A DNA stretch of 64,000 nt from Roseibacillus sp. (GCA_965242925.1 CBDEUM010000034.1:192001-256000), one strand, 5' to 3'; counted from the stretch's first letter, positions 33,401-41,964 are shown. Numbers and translations: made by a program. Notes: generated by a model from the sequence alone, not told the origin.

Positions 33401-33532
33401 AGCGTCCTTCCAATTCCCCTGGTTCCTGAGCTTGTTCGCTTTATCCCGACTGGTCTCGGCGGAATATGAGTTCTCGGCAGCAAGCCCCCCTGCGGTGAGC
33501 AACAGGGTGATGAAGAGGAAGTAGAGTTTCAT
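27413..33532 (-). CDS. Bacterial alpha-2-macroglobulin (thioester-containing)
   Basis: TDRPVYRP, VEEYKKPEF, PDNLTTW, YPYGCTEQT thioester, DGGWGW, EYRD, YAPE; ATG 33532 with signal peptide. Confidence 0.95.
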   Translation of the reverse strand: MKLYFLFITLLLTAGGLAAENSYSAETSRDKANKLRNQGNWKDALKIDRELLERVDDGMSWKDLENALQDLGNLRQISLADDLLEGALRRHPENWALLREVAESYHHLQHSGFLLDGEFHRGHRRGGGRYVTCSGRDRVRAIQLVLQAIEKAGAGDGGVLSEMHSELAVYLSSGRTGSQRVWALGVLTVLDELPDFGSEQRLSSGGGAPVDADGNMLVIGVPESWEAARNDGERWRWVISEAVRLNPARRPRVEDQWARFLVQHYGVTTLAGFGWWGQQDPDEAKGILQVHTLKENETIAKLASGVQRFELPEDYQFIPLLRRLSTGKMSNDSLGDLLVQILLNRRQYVSAGTELKRLVETHGRGNNSHRKKLLDQIEGDWGRFVSAPMAQAGQKPKVDFIYRNARNVSLSLHELRIDLVIEDLYKHLENNPRQIDHPTVNVAQIGNRLVNGNQEKYLGEKVKDWKVVLEPRKNHWDTRTELEMPVSRAGAYLLKATAGKGNASWIVVWISDTALVSQQLREGKLFYLSESKAGAPLSGELELFGYRVEPRKGIGKAFRKFDVKTKRLKKKIGADGSIILGREILDQNYHWMVVGRSVGGGRALMGFQYYRWHDFNWNKLNHSKTYGITDRPVYRPEQKVHLKFWSRTARYDLDDVSLFANRECLIEIHHQNTGKVQEFKKLRTDEFGGVEVEWTLPPDARLGSYNVRITGEVPNGAVRFRVEEYKKPEFEVIVEAPDKPIRLGEIIEAKVLARYYHGAPVTEGKVKVKVQRFSHSQSWFPRGRWDWLYGEGYWWFGQDYHWYPGWDNWGCVAPVPPWWRGERWTPPELVMDREFEIGAEGTVTVSIDTSVAKLVHGDMDHRYAISAEVVDSSRRTIYGSGSVLAARRSYAATVWMNRGYARPGETLNASFSARTLDGRPVQVTGTAELFRVGLDAAGKVQEEKVRSFKLEEREKGSGEIRFKGPEPGQYRFSVRLTDEKGNKEEGATVFNIRNVEDDGSKSRFNPLELVLDKKDYKPGEEVRLLINTKQKNSTVLLFVRSTGISADEVRRIRIKGKSKEVTVKLTREDMPNIFVHAVALANGVVLTETRQIVLPPAKRLLTVEVLPGKEKFKPREKGTLKLRLKDENGEPYRGTTVVTVYDKSLEAISGGSNVGNIRDFFWSWKRSFHGQGALHSQHFQGRHLSKAKAVTMQILGRFGRLVADQMDPFGAPGGVLEKRRSLRFSSDESVAESSDVAEAAPFAAADNLGAPSAPVEGLGNRSRRGGDGGEGDGPQVIVRSEFADLVKWAGTVTTNERGEAEIEVEYPDNLTTWKVKTWALGHGTRVGEGSAEVITSKDLIVRLQAPRFFVESDEVVLSAVVHNYHEEAKEVDVVLELDGGTLQTSGPQSSRVVIPAGGEKRVDWRTIAKREGEVTVRMKAIASDDSDAMEMSFPVYVHGMRRTESWSRALRPEEDSVAIDFEVPAERQPDQTRLEIRYSPTVAGAMVDALPYLANYPYGCTEQTLNRFVPAVITQRLLQDMKIDLNEVKNKRVNLNPQEIGDAVVRAAQWKQWKDNPVWDKDEVDRMVRKGVKRLREMQNRDGGWGWFNAYGERSYPHTTAVVVHGLTVAKANGAGVPDDILQRGVAWLKKHESGQAEMIRMWKKRKKRTKQRADAVDALVRRVLGESAVNHEEMLGFLFRDKVELPVYGKCLLGLELHRTGDAAKRDAVIRNIEQFLKIDEENQTAWLELGNGGYWWYWYGSEFEAHAWYLKLLAAAKPRSPQASGLVKYLVNNRRHATYWKSTRDTAYCIESIADYLRASKEDNPDMEVEVVLDGKVIKTVKISKENLFSFDGVAVVAGDAVGTGRHKVELRRKGEGPLYANVYLTVFSKEKFLRKAGLEVKVDRTLYKLVPVKAVEDVAGSRGQALRQRREKYERKRLEVGDTVRSGDLIEVELSVESKNDYSYLVFEDWKAAGLEAVELRSGHSYGGGLSSFVEYRDEKVALFVRSLPRGRHNLSYRLRAEIPGSFSALPTRAEGMYAPELRGNSDEMKIVVQDQ

Positions 33533-33662
33533 GGAGATCGATGTTTTCCTGGGGGCCGTCGCCCCGCACCCTCGGACCGAAGGGGAGGCATAAGGACTAG
33601 ACCCCCGGGGAGGGAACATATTAGCAGAAAACTAAGGATCAGATCCCGATTTTACGAATTCT

Positions 33663-34001
33663 TTACCTCTCGTCCTCTCTCTCCTCAAAATCGATCACCC
33701 GTCCTCGCTTTCTGGCTAACCGGAACCTCCCCCCCTTCCGCTCTCTCAGGGGTTGAAAAACCGCATCCGCTCCACTCTGCTTGATCTCAAACACAGTCGC
33801 AAGAAGCTCGCCGAGTCGCCCCTTGGGAAACCCACGCTCCGCAAACCAGGCCAGATACTCGGAAGGAAGATCAATGATGGGCACTCCCCGGGGTGGATAC
33901 TCATCCGGACCGTACTTCCCGAAGGGCATATTGGCCTTCCCGATTTCCTCCATCAGATTCCGCAGATCGTCACGATCAATATCGGTGAACTCCACCACCA
34001 C
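33663..34001 (-). CDS. DUF3820-like small protein (MPFGKY motif)
   Basis: MPFGKYG...IDLPSEYLAWF..GFPKGRLGELL. Confidence 0.8.
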   Translation of the reverse strand: MVVEFTDIDRDDLRNLMEEIGKANMPFGKYGPDEYPPRGVPIIDLPSEYLAWFAERGFPKGRLGELLATVFEIKQSGADAVFQPLRERKGGRFRLARKRGRVIDFEEREDER

Positions 34002-34039
34002 ATGAGACCATAGGCATCCGGCAGGTCAAGAAGCCGCGG

Positions 34040-35107
34040 TCAAAGCTTCAGTTTCAGTTGCGCCTTGCTCTCCAGATCCGTGAAACGAACTCCCACCCCT
34101 ATCAACCGCACGGCCCGGCCATTACCACGCCCCCATGCCTCGGCCAGCAATTCCCGGTATCTCTCGGCATCCATGACCTGATCAATTCGCCCTCCAAGCT
34201 CAACCGGGTCGGGCGCCCGCTCGGCTGTGGTCGTGGTGAAATCAGAGAACTTCAACTTCACCACCAGTGATTTGATCACTCTGTCCGGGTGCTCTGAGAA
34301 GACCGTGGCCGCGACCCCTGTGCGCAACTCCTCCATGATTCCGACCAGGGGAGGAAAGTCCCCGATGTCCTCCCGCAGCGTGGTCTCGCTGCTCACGGAC
34401 TTGCGGACGCGATTGGGCTTGACCGCACGCTGGTCACTGCCGCGACAAAGCTCGTAAAGCTCCATCCCCCAGTTCCCGAATCGCTCGGCCAGTTCCAACT
34501 TGCTGATTCGCTGCAGATCACCGCAGGTAAGAACCTCGATCGCAGCCAGCTTATCCTCCATTTTACGGCCTACTCCATACAGCCTTTTTACTGGCAGGTG
34601 TTCCAGAAACTCCTCGATCTCCCCCGGTTTGATCTCAAACTGCCCGTCTGGCTTGTTCCAGTCGCTCGCGATCTTGGCCAACAGCTTGTTTGGCGCGATC
34701 CCGGCAGAGGCGGTAAGACCCGTTTCTTTTTCAATCTGTGATCGGATCCGCGACGCCACCTGGGCCCCCTCTTCTCTGTGGTCCGTGATATCCAGATAGG
34801 CCTCATCTAAAGAGAGCGGTTCCACCAGCTCCGTGAACCGATGAAAAATGTTCCTCACCTTTTTTGACTCGGCACCATACGTTTCAAACCGGGTGGGCCG
34901 GACAATCAGGTCCGGACAGAGTTGCAGAGCCTTGTAGGTGGGCATGGCCGAACGACATCCGAACCTGCGGGCCTCGTAGTTGGCTGTGGTGAGCACCCCC
35001 CTCCGCAATCCGCCCACTGCCACCGGTTTTCCCTTCAGGGAGGGATCATCCCGCACCTCAATGGCCGCGTAAAAGCAGTCCATGTCCACGTGCAGGATCT
35101 TCCGCAT
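34040..35107 (-). CDS. dinB: DNA polymerase IV
   Basis: HVDMDCFYAAIE, TANYEAR, SLDEAYLD, NKLLAKIASDWNKPDG, VRLIGVGV. Confidence 0.97.
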   Translation of the reverse strand: MRKILHVDMDCFYAAIEVRDDPSLKGKPVAVGGLRRGVLTTANYEARRFGCRSAMPTYKALQLCPDLIVRPTRFETYGAESKKVRNIFHRFTELVEPLSLDEAYLDITDHREEGAQVASRIRSQIEKETGLTASAGIAPNKLLAKIASDWNKPDGQFEIKPGEIEEFLEHLPVKRLYGVGRKMEDKLAAIEVLTCGDLQRISKLELAERFGNWGMELYELCRGSDQRAVKPNRVRKSVSSETTLREDIGDFPPLVGIMEELRTGVAATVFSEHPDRVIKSLVVKLKFSDFTTTTAERAPDPVELGGRIDQVMDAERYRELLAEAWGRGNGRAVRLIGVGVRFTDLESKAQLKLKL

Positions 35108-35242
35108 CAAGCATCAAAATAGCGCAAACCCTCCCAAGCTCAATCCTATCGGCCTGTCTGCCCCTCCATCCCGAAAAAAGGGTCTGGAATCGGCCCGCTT
35201 CCCCTCCCTTCAAGGAGACAAAAGAGATATCAGGGCCCAGGC

Positions 35243-37354
35243 TCACCCCACCGCTGGCAATTCCAGGACAAAGCAGGCTCCCTCCGCCTCCCTCTCCCCC
35301 AGAGTGAGGTCCCCTCCAAGTTCACGCGCCAGACGTTTACAAAGGGCGAGTCCCAACCCAACCCCGGGCTTGGAGTGGGCCGCATCCCGTGCCGACTTAT
35401 GGAACGGCCGGAAGAGCTTCTTCTCGTCAGCACGGTCAATGCCGCTACCCCCGTCACAGATCTCGATCCGGGCCGACCGCCCGCCCTTCGAAGCCCGCAG
35501 GCGGACCACCCGTGCTCCCTCTTCCGGTAACCCGTATTTGCAGGCGTTGTCGACCAGGTTGAAGACAATCTGCTCCACCGCGGTCAGATCGGTATCAATC
35601 TGCGCCTCCTCCCCCTGGGTCAAGACCACTTCCAATTCAGCTCCATCTTTGCGGACCCGTTCGTTCAAACGCGGGAGCATCCGGTCAACCAGTCCCTGCA
35701 GGGTGATCTTCTGGTGCTCAGTCCGTGCACTGCCGCGTTCCACCCTGGAATAGGAAAGCACGTTCTCAACGAGGTGATTCAGGCGTTCTGCCTCCCGACG
35801 CATGGTCGTAAGATACTCCTTCTGCCTGCTCTCCTCCTTGACCATGCCCTCCGCCAGCATATCGGAATAGAGATGGAAGGTGGTCAACGGCGTGCGTAAT
35901 TCATGGGTGACTGAGGACACGAAGGTTGCTCTCCGTTCGCTCAGTTTCAGCACTCCCCCCATCAGAGCCGCCGAAGCGAGAAGCGCCAACAGCAGAGTCA
36001 CCCAGCCTGCCATCAGCGAAATGCGCAGAGCTGACCACCCGATCCCGGCCATCACAGGATCCTCACCGGCCCGCAGGCGCCAGGGCAGAGTCACCAGGGA
36101 AAGGGGATCATTGGACAATTCGTCCAGCCTCGGATCAAACACCCCCGCAGGTGATGATGCGGAAATCTCGAGGAGGGGCTCAAGGCCGGCCCCCGGCAGC
36201 AGGTGCTCGATCACTCCGAGGAGGTGATCTGCCAGAACCTCCGCCTTGAGCCAGACCCCCTGGTGGCGCAACGACCCTGCCACCGCAACCTCCCGCACGA
36301 TGAAGAGATCCTCCCCCAGCCAGATTGGATGGAAAGGGGTTATCTCCGAGGGCAATTCCACCAGTCTGCTCACGTCCCCGACTTGATCTGATTCCCCTTC
36401 GAGCGCTGCACTCTCCCTCTGCCCTGCCGCGATCGGCCCTGTTCTTCGGACAACCTTCCGACGTTCCTCCTGCTGTGGGTCGGCCACCCCCCCGGATTCC
36501 GATTGCTCCACATCCTGTTCAAGCTCGCCCCCCCGTAGAGAGGCGGAGGGAGCCTGAACAGACTGGGGCAGGAAGTTCTGGAGGGCCTGCGGTTTGGGCA
36601 CCGCTCGCTGAGAGGTATCCTGATAGAGTTCCGCGCGCTTCTTCTTCTCAATCAGGGCGAGATCTTTCGGGTATTGTTGATTTCTGCTCACCTCATTGTT
36701 TGCCCGCGCCTGCGCCACCTCCTGCTCTTTCTGCCGCACCGTGAAAGGATCCGGGATATTCCACGCCCAGTTCCGGCTCACCAGGGCCTCATCAACCCGG
36801 GCGCACACCCGGCAGAGCAGGTCGAGTTTCGTTCCTCCATTGGCGAGGCTCGACTTGCTCGGTTGTGCCAGCAGATCCTGCAGGGTCCCCAGTTCCCTTT
36901 TATTGCCATCCAGATAGTCCCGCTGGACTCCATTCTGTTCCGCATAATCCCACTCATTGCCAACTGGCACCTGCGGCGAAGTCACCTCCCCCGTAACGGC
37001 ATCGATCTCAAAATGCAGACGCACGAATTCCGGCAACTCAGGCAGGAGTGGGGAGGGCTGGAAAACGAACCCCTTGCCCACCACCTGGAACTGATTCGTA
37101 AGCACGTCCTCAGGCTCAAAGAAGGCCTCGTAATGATGAAGCGGTCGCTGGTTTTCGAGAATGAGGAATCCTGAGGCGGCCGCATCCATCCGCGACAGGC
37201 TCATGCGAATCCGCTCCTCCAGTTCGATCCCTGATTCAGCAAGGGCCTGTTTGCGCTCCAGCTGGATCGCCTTATTGGTCGACCATGCCATCGCTCCGAC
37301 GATGAGGAGAGCGCAGGCTCCCAGGACACTCCATATGATCCAGGGACGATTCAT
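35243..37354 (-). CDS. Sensor histidine kinase with large extracytoplasmic domain
   Basis: Two TM segments; VTHELRTPL, NLVDNACKY, DGGSGI, FRPF, GVGLGL; start overlaps regulator stop (TGATG). Confidence 0.93.
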   Translation of the reverse strand: MNRPWIIWSVLGACALLIVGAMAWSTNKAIQLERKQALAESGIELEERIRMSLSRMDAAASGFLILENQRPLHHYEAFFEPEDVLTNQFQVVGKGFVFQPSPLLPELPEFVRLHFEIDAVTGEVTSPQVPVGNEWDYAEQNGVQRDYLDGNKRELGTLQDLLAQPSKSSLANGGTKLDLLCRVCARVDEALVSRNWAWNIPDPFTVRQKEQEVAQARANNEVSRNQQYPKDLALIEKKKRAELYQDTSQRAVPKPQALQNFLPQSVQAPSASLRGGELEQDVEQSESGGVADPQQEERRKVVRRTGPIAAGQRESAALEGESDQVGDVSRLVELPSEITPFHPIWLGEDLFIVREVAVAGSLRHQGVWLKAEVLADHLLGVIEHLLPGAGLEPLLEISASSPAGVFDPRLDELSNDPLSLVTLPWRLRAGEDPVMAGIGWSALRISLMAGWVTLLLALLASAALMGGVLKLSERRATFVSSVTHELRTPLTTFHLYSDMLAEGMVKEESRQKEYLTTMRREAERLNHLVENVLSYSRVERGSARTEHQKITLQGLVDRMLPRLNERVRKDGAELEVVLTQGEEAQIDTDLTAVEQIVFNLVDNACKYGLPEEGARVVRLRASKGGRSARIEICDGGSGIDRADEKKLFRPFHKSARDAAHSKPGVGLGLALCKRLARELGGDLTLGEREAEGACFVLELPAVG

Positions 37355-38034
37355 CAGCTGCCAATCATATACCCTTTTCCTCGCACCGTGACCACTGCAT
37401 TCTGGCAACGTAGCTTCTGCCGCAGGTGGGCGACATGCATGTCAACCGTCCGAGTCTCGATATTCTTGGGATCCAGCCCCCAGACCTGACGCAGGAGCTC
37501 ATCACGCGGAACCGCGCGGCCACTCTGGGCCACCAGGTAACGAAGAAGCTCGGATTCTCTCTCGGAAAGTTCCTCCCGATCTCCATCCTCAAAGCGGATC
37601 TCCCGCCGTGCGAAGTCGACCTCTCCACCGTTTATCTGGTGAGTTTCCACTACCGAAGGACGTTCGGTGCTCCGCCTCAGCACGGCATCGACCCGGGCGA
37701 GAAGTTCCCTCACGCTGAAGGGCTTAACGATATAGTCGTCTGCTCCCATCTTCAATCCCCGCACCCGGTCGTTTTCCTCTCCCCGGGCTGAAAGGATGAT
37801 GACCGGTTGCCCGGGACGTTCCTTCTTGATGGCTTCCAGTATTTCAAAACCACTGTATCCCGGCAGGACGAGGTCCAGGAGAAGAAGCTGGTAAGTCGCC
37901 CGCAACGCCGTGTCGCGTCCCGCCTTTCCATCCGCTTCCGAGAGAACCTCGTAGCCCGAGAACGTCAGGGCATCCACTACGCCCTGCCGTACCGCGGCAT
38001 CATCTTCCACCACCAAAATCGTCGGAGCATCCAT
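37354..38034 (-). CDS. OmpR/PhoB-family response regulator
   Basis: VVEDD, LLDLVLP, GADDYIVKPF, RTVDMHVAHLRQKL, TVRGKGY. Confidence 0.96.
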   Translation of the reverse strand: MDAPTILVVEDDAAVRQGVVDALTFSGYEVLSEADGKAGRDTALRATYQLLLLDLVLPGYSGFEILEAIKKERPGQPVIILSARGEENDRVRGLKMGADDYIVKPFSVRELLARVDAVLRRSTERPSVVETHQINGGEVDFARREIRFEDGDREELSERESELLRYLVAQSGRAVPRDELLRQVWGLDPKNIETRTVDMHVAHLRQKLRCQNAVVTVRGKGYMIGS

Positions 38035-38104
38035 GGTTCAAAAATCCTGTTTGAAGGGTAGCGGAGCCGAAGACCTTCCGCAGTCTAAATACCGGGACAA
38101 CTTC

Positions 38105-38135
38105 GGCGCCGTGGCAGCAGGACCGCCACGGCGCC
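38105..38135. terminator. GC-rich 11-bp stem-loop between the VWA and regulator genes
   Basis: GGCGCCGTGGC (38105-38115) pairs with GCCACGGCGCC (38125-38135); T-tract is only on the + strand, so on the coding (-) strand it may be a stabilising hairpin. Confidence 0.5.
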
Positions 38136-38152
38136 TTTTCTCCGCAGAATAA

Positions 38153-39355
38153 CTATTCCTTTTCAAAGGCGTATCCCTTCGCCTCCGCCTGTTGACGCAC
38201 GGTCTGCACTACCACGGCATTCAGGGTGTCTTCCCCGTCTTCACCCATCTCCTTCAACTTGGCCTTGACGAATTCGCCGCGCGACTTGGTCAGTTCCGTA
38301 ATCTTCTTCTGACACTTCTGCCGTTCCTCTCTCTTCGTAGCGATATGCGCCTTCCGCTGAGCGAGAGTCATCTTCTTCATCTGCTCGGGCAAATCCTCTT
38401 CCTTTATCTTGCTCCAGTCGAAGTCCTTCGCCTTGCAGGCATCAACCCAGTCCCAGTTACCATTCCAGTAATTGGCACTGGCCTTTGTCTGGGCCCGAGA
38501 CTGGATTGCATTACCCTTGGCTCCCTCTGCCAGTTCATCCTGGGCCTGCTGGATCTCAATCCTCCTCTCCCCAATCTGACCGATCGGCACGTAGGTTCCA
38601 TTCAGGCGGGTGTTCCATTTCAGGATCTCCTTGTCCTGCGGAGCGTCCACATGCACGACCGCCTTGTTGTGATCAATCACCAGGTATTTGCCGTCAGCCA
38701 GGAGAGGCCCGGCCTTCCAGCCGGTATTAATTCCGACCTGTTCCGCACCACAATGAATCGAGTTAACAATGACTCCATTTCCGATCGCTTCCCTGCAGGA
38801 GGAGGCTGGGTCAACAGGTCCCTGGTTAAAAGGCTCGTTGCCCGCCACGAAGATGGCCTTGTAGGTGTTCGGCGAGGTGTCCCACTTGAGGTCTCCCACC
38901 GCACGCTTGATGACCGCTCCGCAGAACTCCGAACCACCATTGGTCCGCAAGGCAAAGAGTTCCTCACTGATCTTGTCAAGATCCCGGGTAAGGGGCTGGA
39001 TTTGCCGGATCCAGTGGTTCTCCGCATTCAGCCCATCGTTTCCATACTCATAGAGCGCCACCTCCACGAAGGGAACCTTCCCGTTCTGCTTGGCCTGGAT
39101 AAAGGTATTGACGATACTCCAGAGCTGGGTCTTAGCCTGTTCAATCAGTCCACTCATGCTTCCACTCGTATCCAGCAGAATAGCCAGCTGCACCTTGGCC
39201 TGATTCTTGTCCGATTTCGGCGCCTCGACCTTAGCCTTTCTTTTATTCTCCCCCTTGAGCTTGACCTCACGCGCATCTCCGGAAGGAGGATTCGCCAGGG
39301 TAAGTGTTACGCCGACCAGGAGGCCGACACTGCAGATAAGTGATTTCAGTTTCAT
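38153..39355 (-). CDS. Exported VWA-domain protein
   Basis: Signal peptide; MIDAS LLDTSGSM; GGSEFCG; AGNEPF. Confidence 0.9.
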   Translation of the reverse strand: MKLKSLICSVGLLVGVTLTLANPPSGDAREVKLKGENKRKAKVEAPKSDKNQAKVQLAILLDTSGSMSGLIEQAKTQLWSIVNTFIQAKQNGKVPFVEVALYEYGNDGLNAENHWIRQIQPLTRDLDKISEELFALRTNGGSEFCGAVIKRAVGDLKWDTSPNTYKAIFVAGNEPFNQGPVDPASSCREAIGNGVIVNSIHCGAEQVGINTGWKAGPLLADGKYLVIDHNKAVVHVDAPQDKEILKWNTRLNGTYVPIGQIGERRIEIQQAQDELAEGAKGNAIQSRAQTKASANYWNGNWDWVDACKAKDFDWSKIKEEDLPEQMKKMTLAQRKAHIATKREERQKCQKKITELTKSRGEFVKAKLKEMGEDGEDTLNAVVVQTVRQQAEAKGYAFEKE

Positions 39356-39455
39356 TGTATTGGTTTCGTTTGTGGTTAAAGTTTGGCCGTAGCGGCAGAG
39401 ACCGGGTTCGGCGCGATCATCTCATTCTCAAGTCTTCGTTGGCATTGATTGACTT

Positions 39456-41705
39456 CTACCTCACGCGATAGCGGGTGCCATCGACCACTAGTTCCAGACT
39501 GCCCCCGAGGGCGAGACAGCTCTGGCGCTGTTTGGCTACCAGTTTGTCGACGACACCCTTAAATTCGGCGCTGTCCACCGTGATCTCCCTGACCGGAAGA
39601 GCCGCTCCTCCTTTTTCAGCAAGAGTCAGACTCGCATCCACCCACTCATTGCCTCGCTTGAAAAAAGCCATATCCGAGAACTGCGCAACATTCGCCACCT
39701 GCTCCACTTCCAGCTCTCCATTCACATATTCGTTGGAAGGATTCAGCGTTCCTCTCTGCTTCTGGTTCCAGAGATTCAGATCCTGGTTCACACTGAGCTT
39801 GCCACTCCGGGTCTTGAGCGCTCGCTGGTCAAAGTTGCCGGCAGCCAAGGCAGCACGGCGCTCCTCGGGACGAAATACCTCTCCTTCCAGGGCGAGGAAA
39901 GCGGTGTATTCACTGAGAATCCCGTGCTCGGTCGAGAGACGAACAATCTCATTCACCAGTTCCTTCACCCGCGGATCGTTACGATCCACGTTGTCACCCG
40001 TAAGGCCGTTCAGGGCTGAATCCGCGCCCAGATCCCGCAGAGCCTCGGTTAGGACCGCGATCTTGCGCATGGCCCACAGGCGGGGCACGAAGGGATTTCG
40101 TTTTTCTCCCGGCCGGAAGGCGAAGGTGAATTTTCTTCTCCTCTCTCCATCGTCACCGGTCAGTCGGAACTCCAATGGCTCACTACCTCGATAGCGTCCC
40201 GTGACGATGATCTGGTCGCTGGAGAAAAAGTCCGGCAACTGGTGAGGCACCAGGTCGTCAATACGGTGGGGCACGGGCTCGCCGTCTCTGGTGACGACCT
40301 TCAATCGAGGAACACTCAGTACTGGTCCGGACAGGCGCCGGAAAACGGAAGCCACCTTCACCTCCACCTTCTCCTTTGGAAGGACGTAGGTTGCGGTGGC
40401 CCGGCTGTCATCAGCCAGTCGCGAGAGCAGCGGCGTATTCACGTCCACACCCACGCCAAAGGTGAAGATCCGGCGACGATTCCTGTTTGAATCCCGGACC
40501 TTCTCCCGGATTCTCTTTTCGGAGGTCTCTCCGATGGTCGGCAACCCATCGGTTAGAAAGAGCACGATCGGCACGATCCCCTTGCGCACCGGCTGGGCAA
40601 TCGCCTCCTGGAGGGCTCCATGGATATTCGTCCCTCCGCTCACCCGGATGGCCTCGATAAATTTCCGGGCCCGCATGAGATTGTCCCGGTTGACAATCAC
40701 CGGCTTCTCCGCAAAAGGCTCCACCGCCTCGTTGTAGATGATCAGATTGAAGAACTCCCCCTCCTCCAGGCCCTCCACCACCTGGGCAGCGGCGGCCCGG
40801 GCCTGATCCATCTTCTCCCCTGCCATACTTCCCGAACGATCGATCACAACCGTCACTTCCCGCTTCAGAGCGGGTGCGCTCTCATCGCGCTCCGGGGGCA
40901 CAATCAGAAGCAGGAAATGCCCTCCATCCCGACCTTCCTCCGGGTGCGTCAGAAAGGACGCCACTGCTCCCTTCTTTTTCCTGCGCAGGACCGAAAGACG
41001 GAAGGGACCGGGTGCGATCCTGCCGCCCAACTTCGCCCGGAAACCTTTCGCGATCCTGGCCGGAGAGATCTCGTGGGTCGGCGAATACGCGGTAGCGATT
41101 CCACCCTTCAACGCCCATTTTACATCGATATTCCACTTCACCCGATAGTCCGGTGACTCCGAGCGCAGGAGAACGTAGTCGAGGCGGTCCATGTCGGCGG
41201 GCACCAATTCCTCATAAGTGAGACGCAGCTTGCATTCGCTGCGGGCCGGGATCGGGAACACGCTGGAATCCACCGCACCATGTCCCGCGAACTCAAGGAT
41301 GGCGGGATCCTTCGACTGCGCAACGATCCGGTCGTAGATCCTGCGGGCCTCATCCTTCGGAAGAACCCTGGCCTTGAACTCCCTGTTAGCCCCCTCCATG
41401 GCAAAGGACTTCAGGGCTGCTCCTATCGGAACCGGCAGCAACACCTGCCCTTCCTGCTGCTGACCGGCAGGGTTGAAGAATGTGATCGTCAGGGTCGTCC
41501 GGGCGATTTGATTCTCGATTCTGACCGTCGCATCAATGGCGCGCACCTCCACCGGACTCAGCGGTCGGGGCATGGGTCGCACGTGGGGCATCCAGTGATG
41601 ATGACCGTGGCGATGGGATGCTCCCTGCCCTGGAGCCTTGGGCACCCAGATCATGCTCCCACCGCCCACTAGCGCTGCATTCCGTAGAAATGTTGATCGT
41701 CTCAT
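39456..41705 (-). CDS. VIT + VWA domain protein (inter-alpha-trypsin-inhibitor-like) with Tat-like signal
   Basis: MRRSTFLRNAALVGGG; VIT-like ARTTLTITFFNP...EARRIYDRIV..KDPAILE; IDRSGSM, GGTNI, FLTDG, RLWA. Confidence 0.9.
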   Translation of the reverse strand: MRRSTFLRNAALVGGGSMIWVPKAPGQGASHRHGHHHWMPHVRPMPRPLSPVEVRAIDATVRIENQIARTTLTITFFNPAGQQQEGQVLLPVPIGAALKSFAMEGANREFKARVLPKDEARRIYDRIVAQSKDPAILEFAGHGAVDSSVFPIPARSECKLRLTYEELVPADMDRLDYVLLRSESPDYRVKWNIDVKWALKGGIATAYSPTHEISPARIAKGFRAKLGGRIAPGPFRLSVLRRKKKGAVASFLTHPEEGRDGGHFLLLIVPPERDESAPALKREVTVVIDRSGSMAGEKMDQARAAAAQVVEGLEEGEFFNLIIYNEAVEPFAEKPVIVNRDNLMRARKFIEAIRVSGGTNIHGALQEAIAQPVRKGIVPIVLFLTDGLPTIGETSEKRIREKVRDSNRNRRRIFTFGVGVDVNTPLLSRLADDSRATATYVLPKEKVEVKVASVFRRLSGPVLSVPRLKVVTRDGEPVPHRIDDLVPHQLPDFFSSDQIIVTGRYRGSEPLEFRLTGDDGERRRKFTFAFRPGEKRNPFVPRLWAMRKIAVLTEALRDLGADSALNGLTGDNVDRNDPRVKELVNEIVRLSTEHGILSEYTAFLALEGEVFRPEERRAALAAGNFDQRALKTRSGKLSVNQDLNLWNQKQRGTLNPSNEYVNGELEVEQVANVAQFSDMAFFKRGNEWVDASLTLAEKGGAALPVREITVDSAEFKGVVDKLVAKQRQSCLALGGSLELVVDGTRYRVR

Positions 41706-41735
41706 AAAGGGCAGATATCTCGTTTGGCTGCCTCT

Positions 41736-41779
41736 AGAATAGCCCCTTTCCCGCAACGATCTGTAAAGTGATCGTAAAG
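41736..41779 (-). promoter_or_regulatory. Candidate promoter with OmpR-type direct repeat for the VIT/VWA operon
   Basis: GTAAAG at 41763-41768 and 41774-41779 (11-bp period); -10-like TATTCT on - strand at 41736-41741. Confidence 0.5.
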
Positions 41780-41964
41780 GTGACTACTCTACAACCCATC
41801 TCGGTTACACCGTCTCACCGCCCTCTTCCAGTCCCTCAGGGACCCCGGCTATGTTCTGCCCCTGCAGAACCGTTTCACCCAGTCGGCAGAAGCGGGTGAA
41901 ATCCACCTCCCATACCTGGGTTGCCGCATAAGCTGCAACCACGCACCACCTGCTTCCCGTCAGC

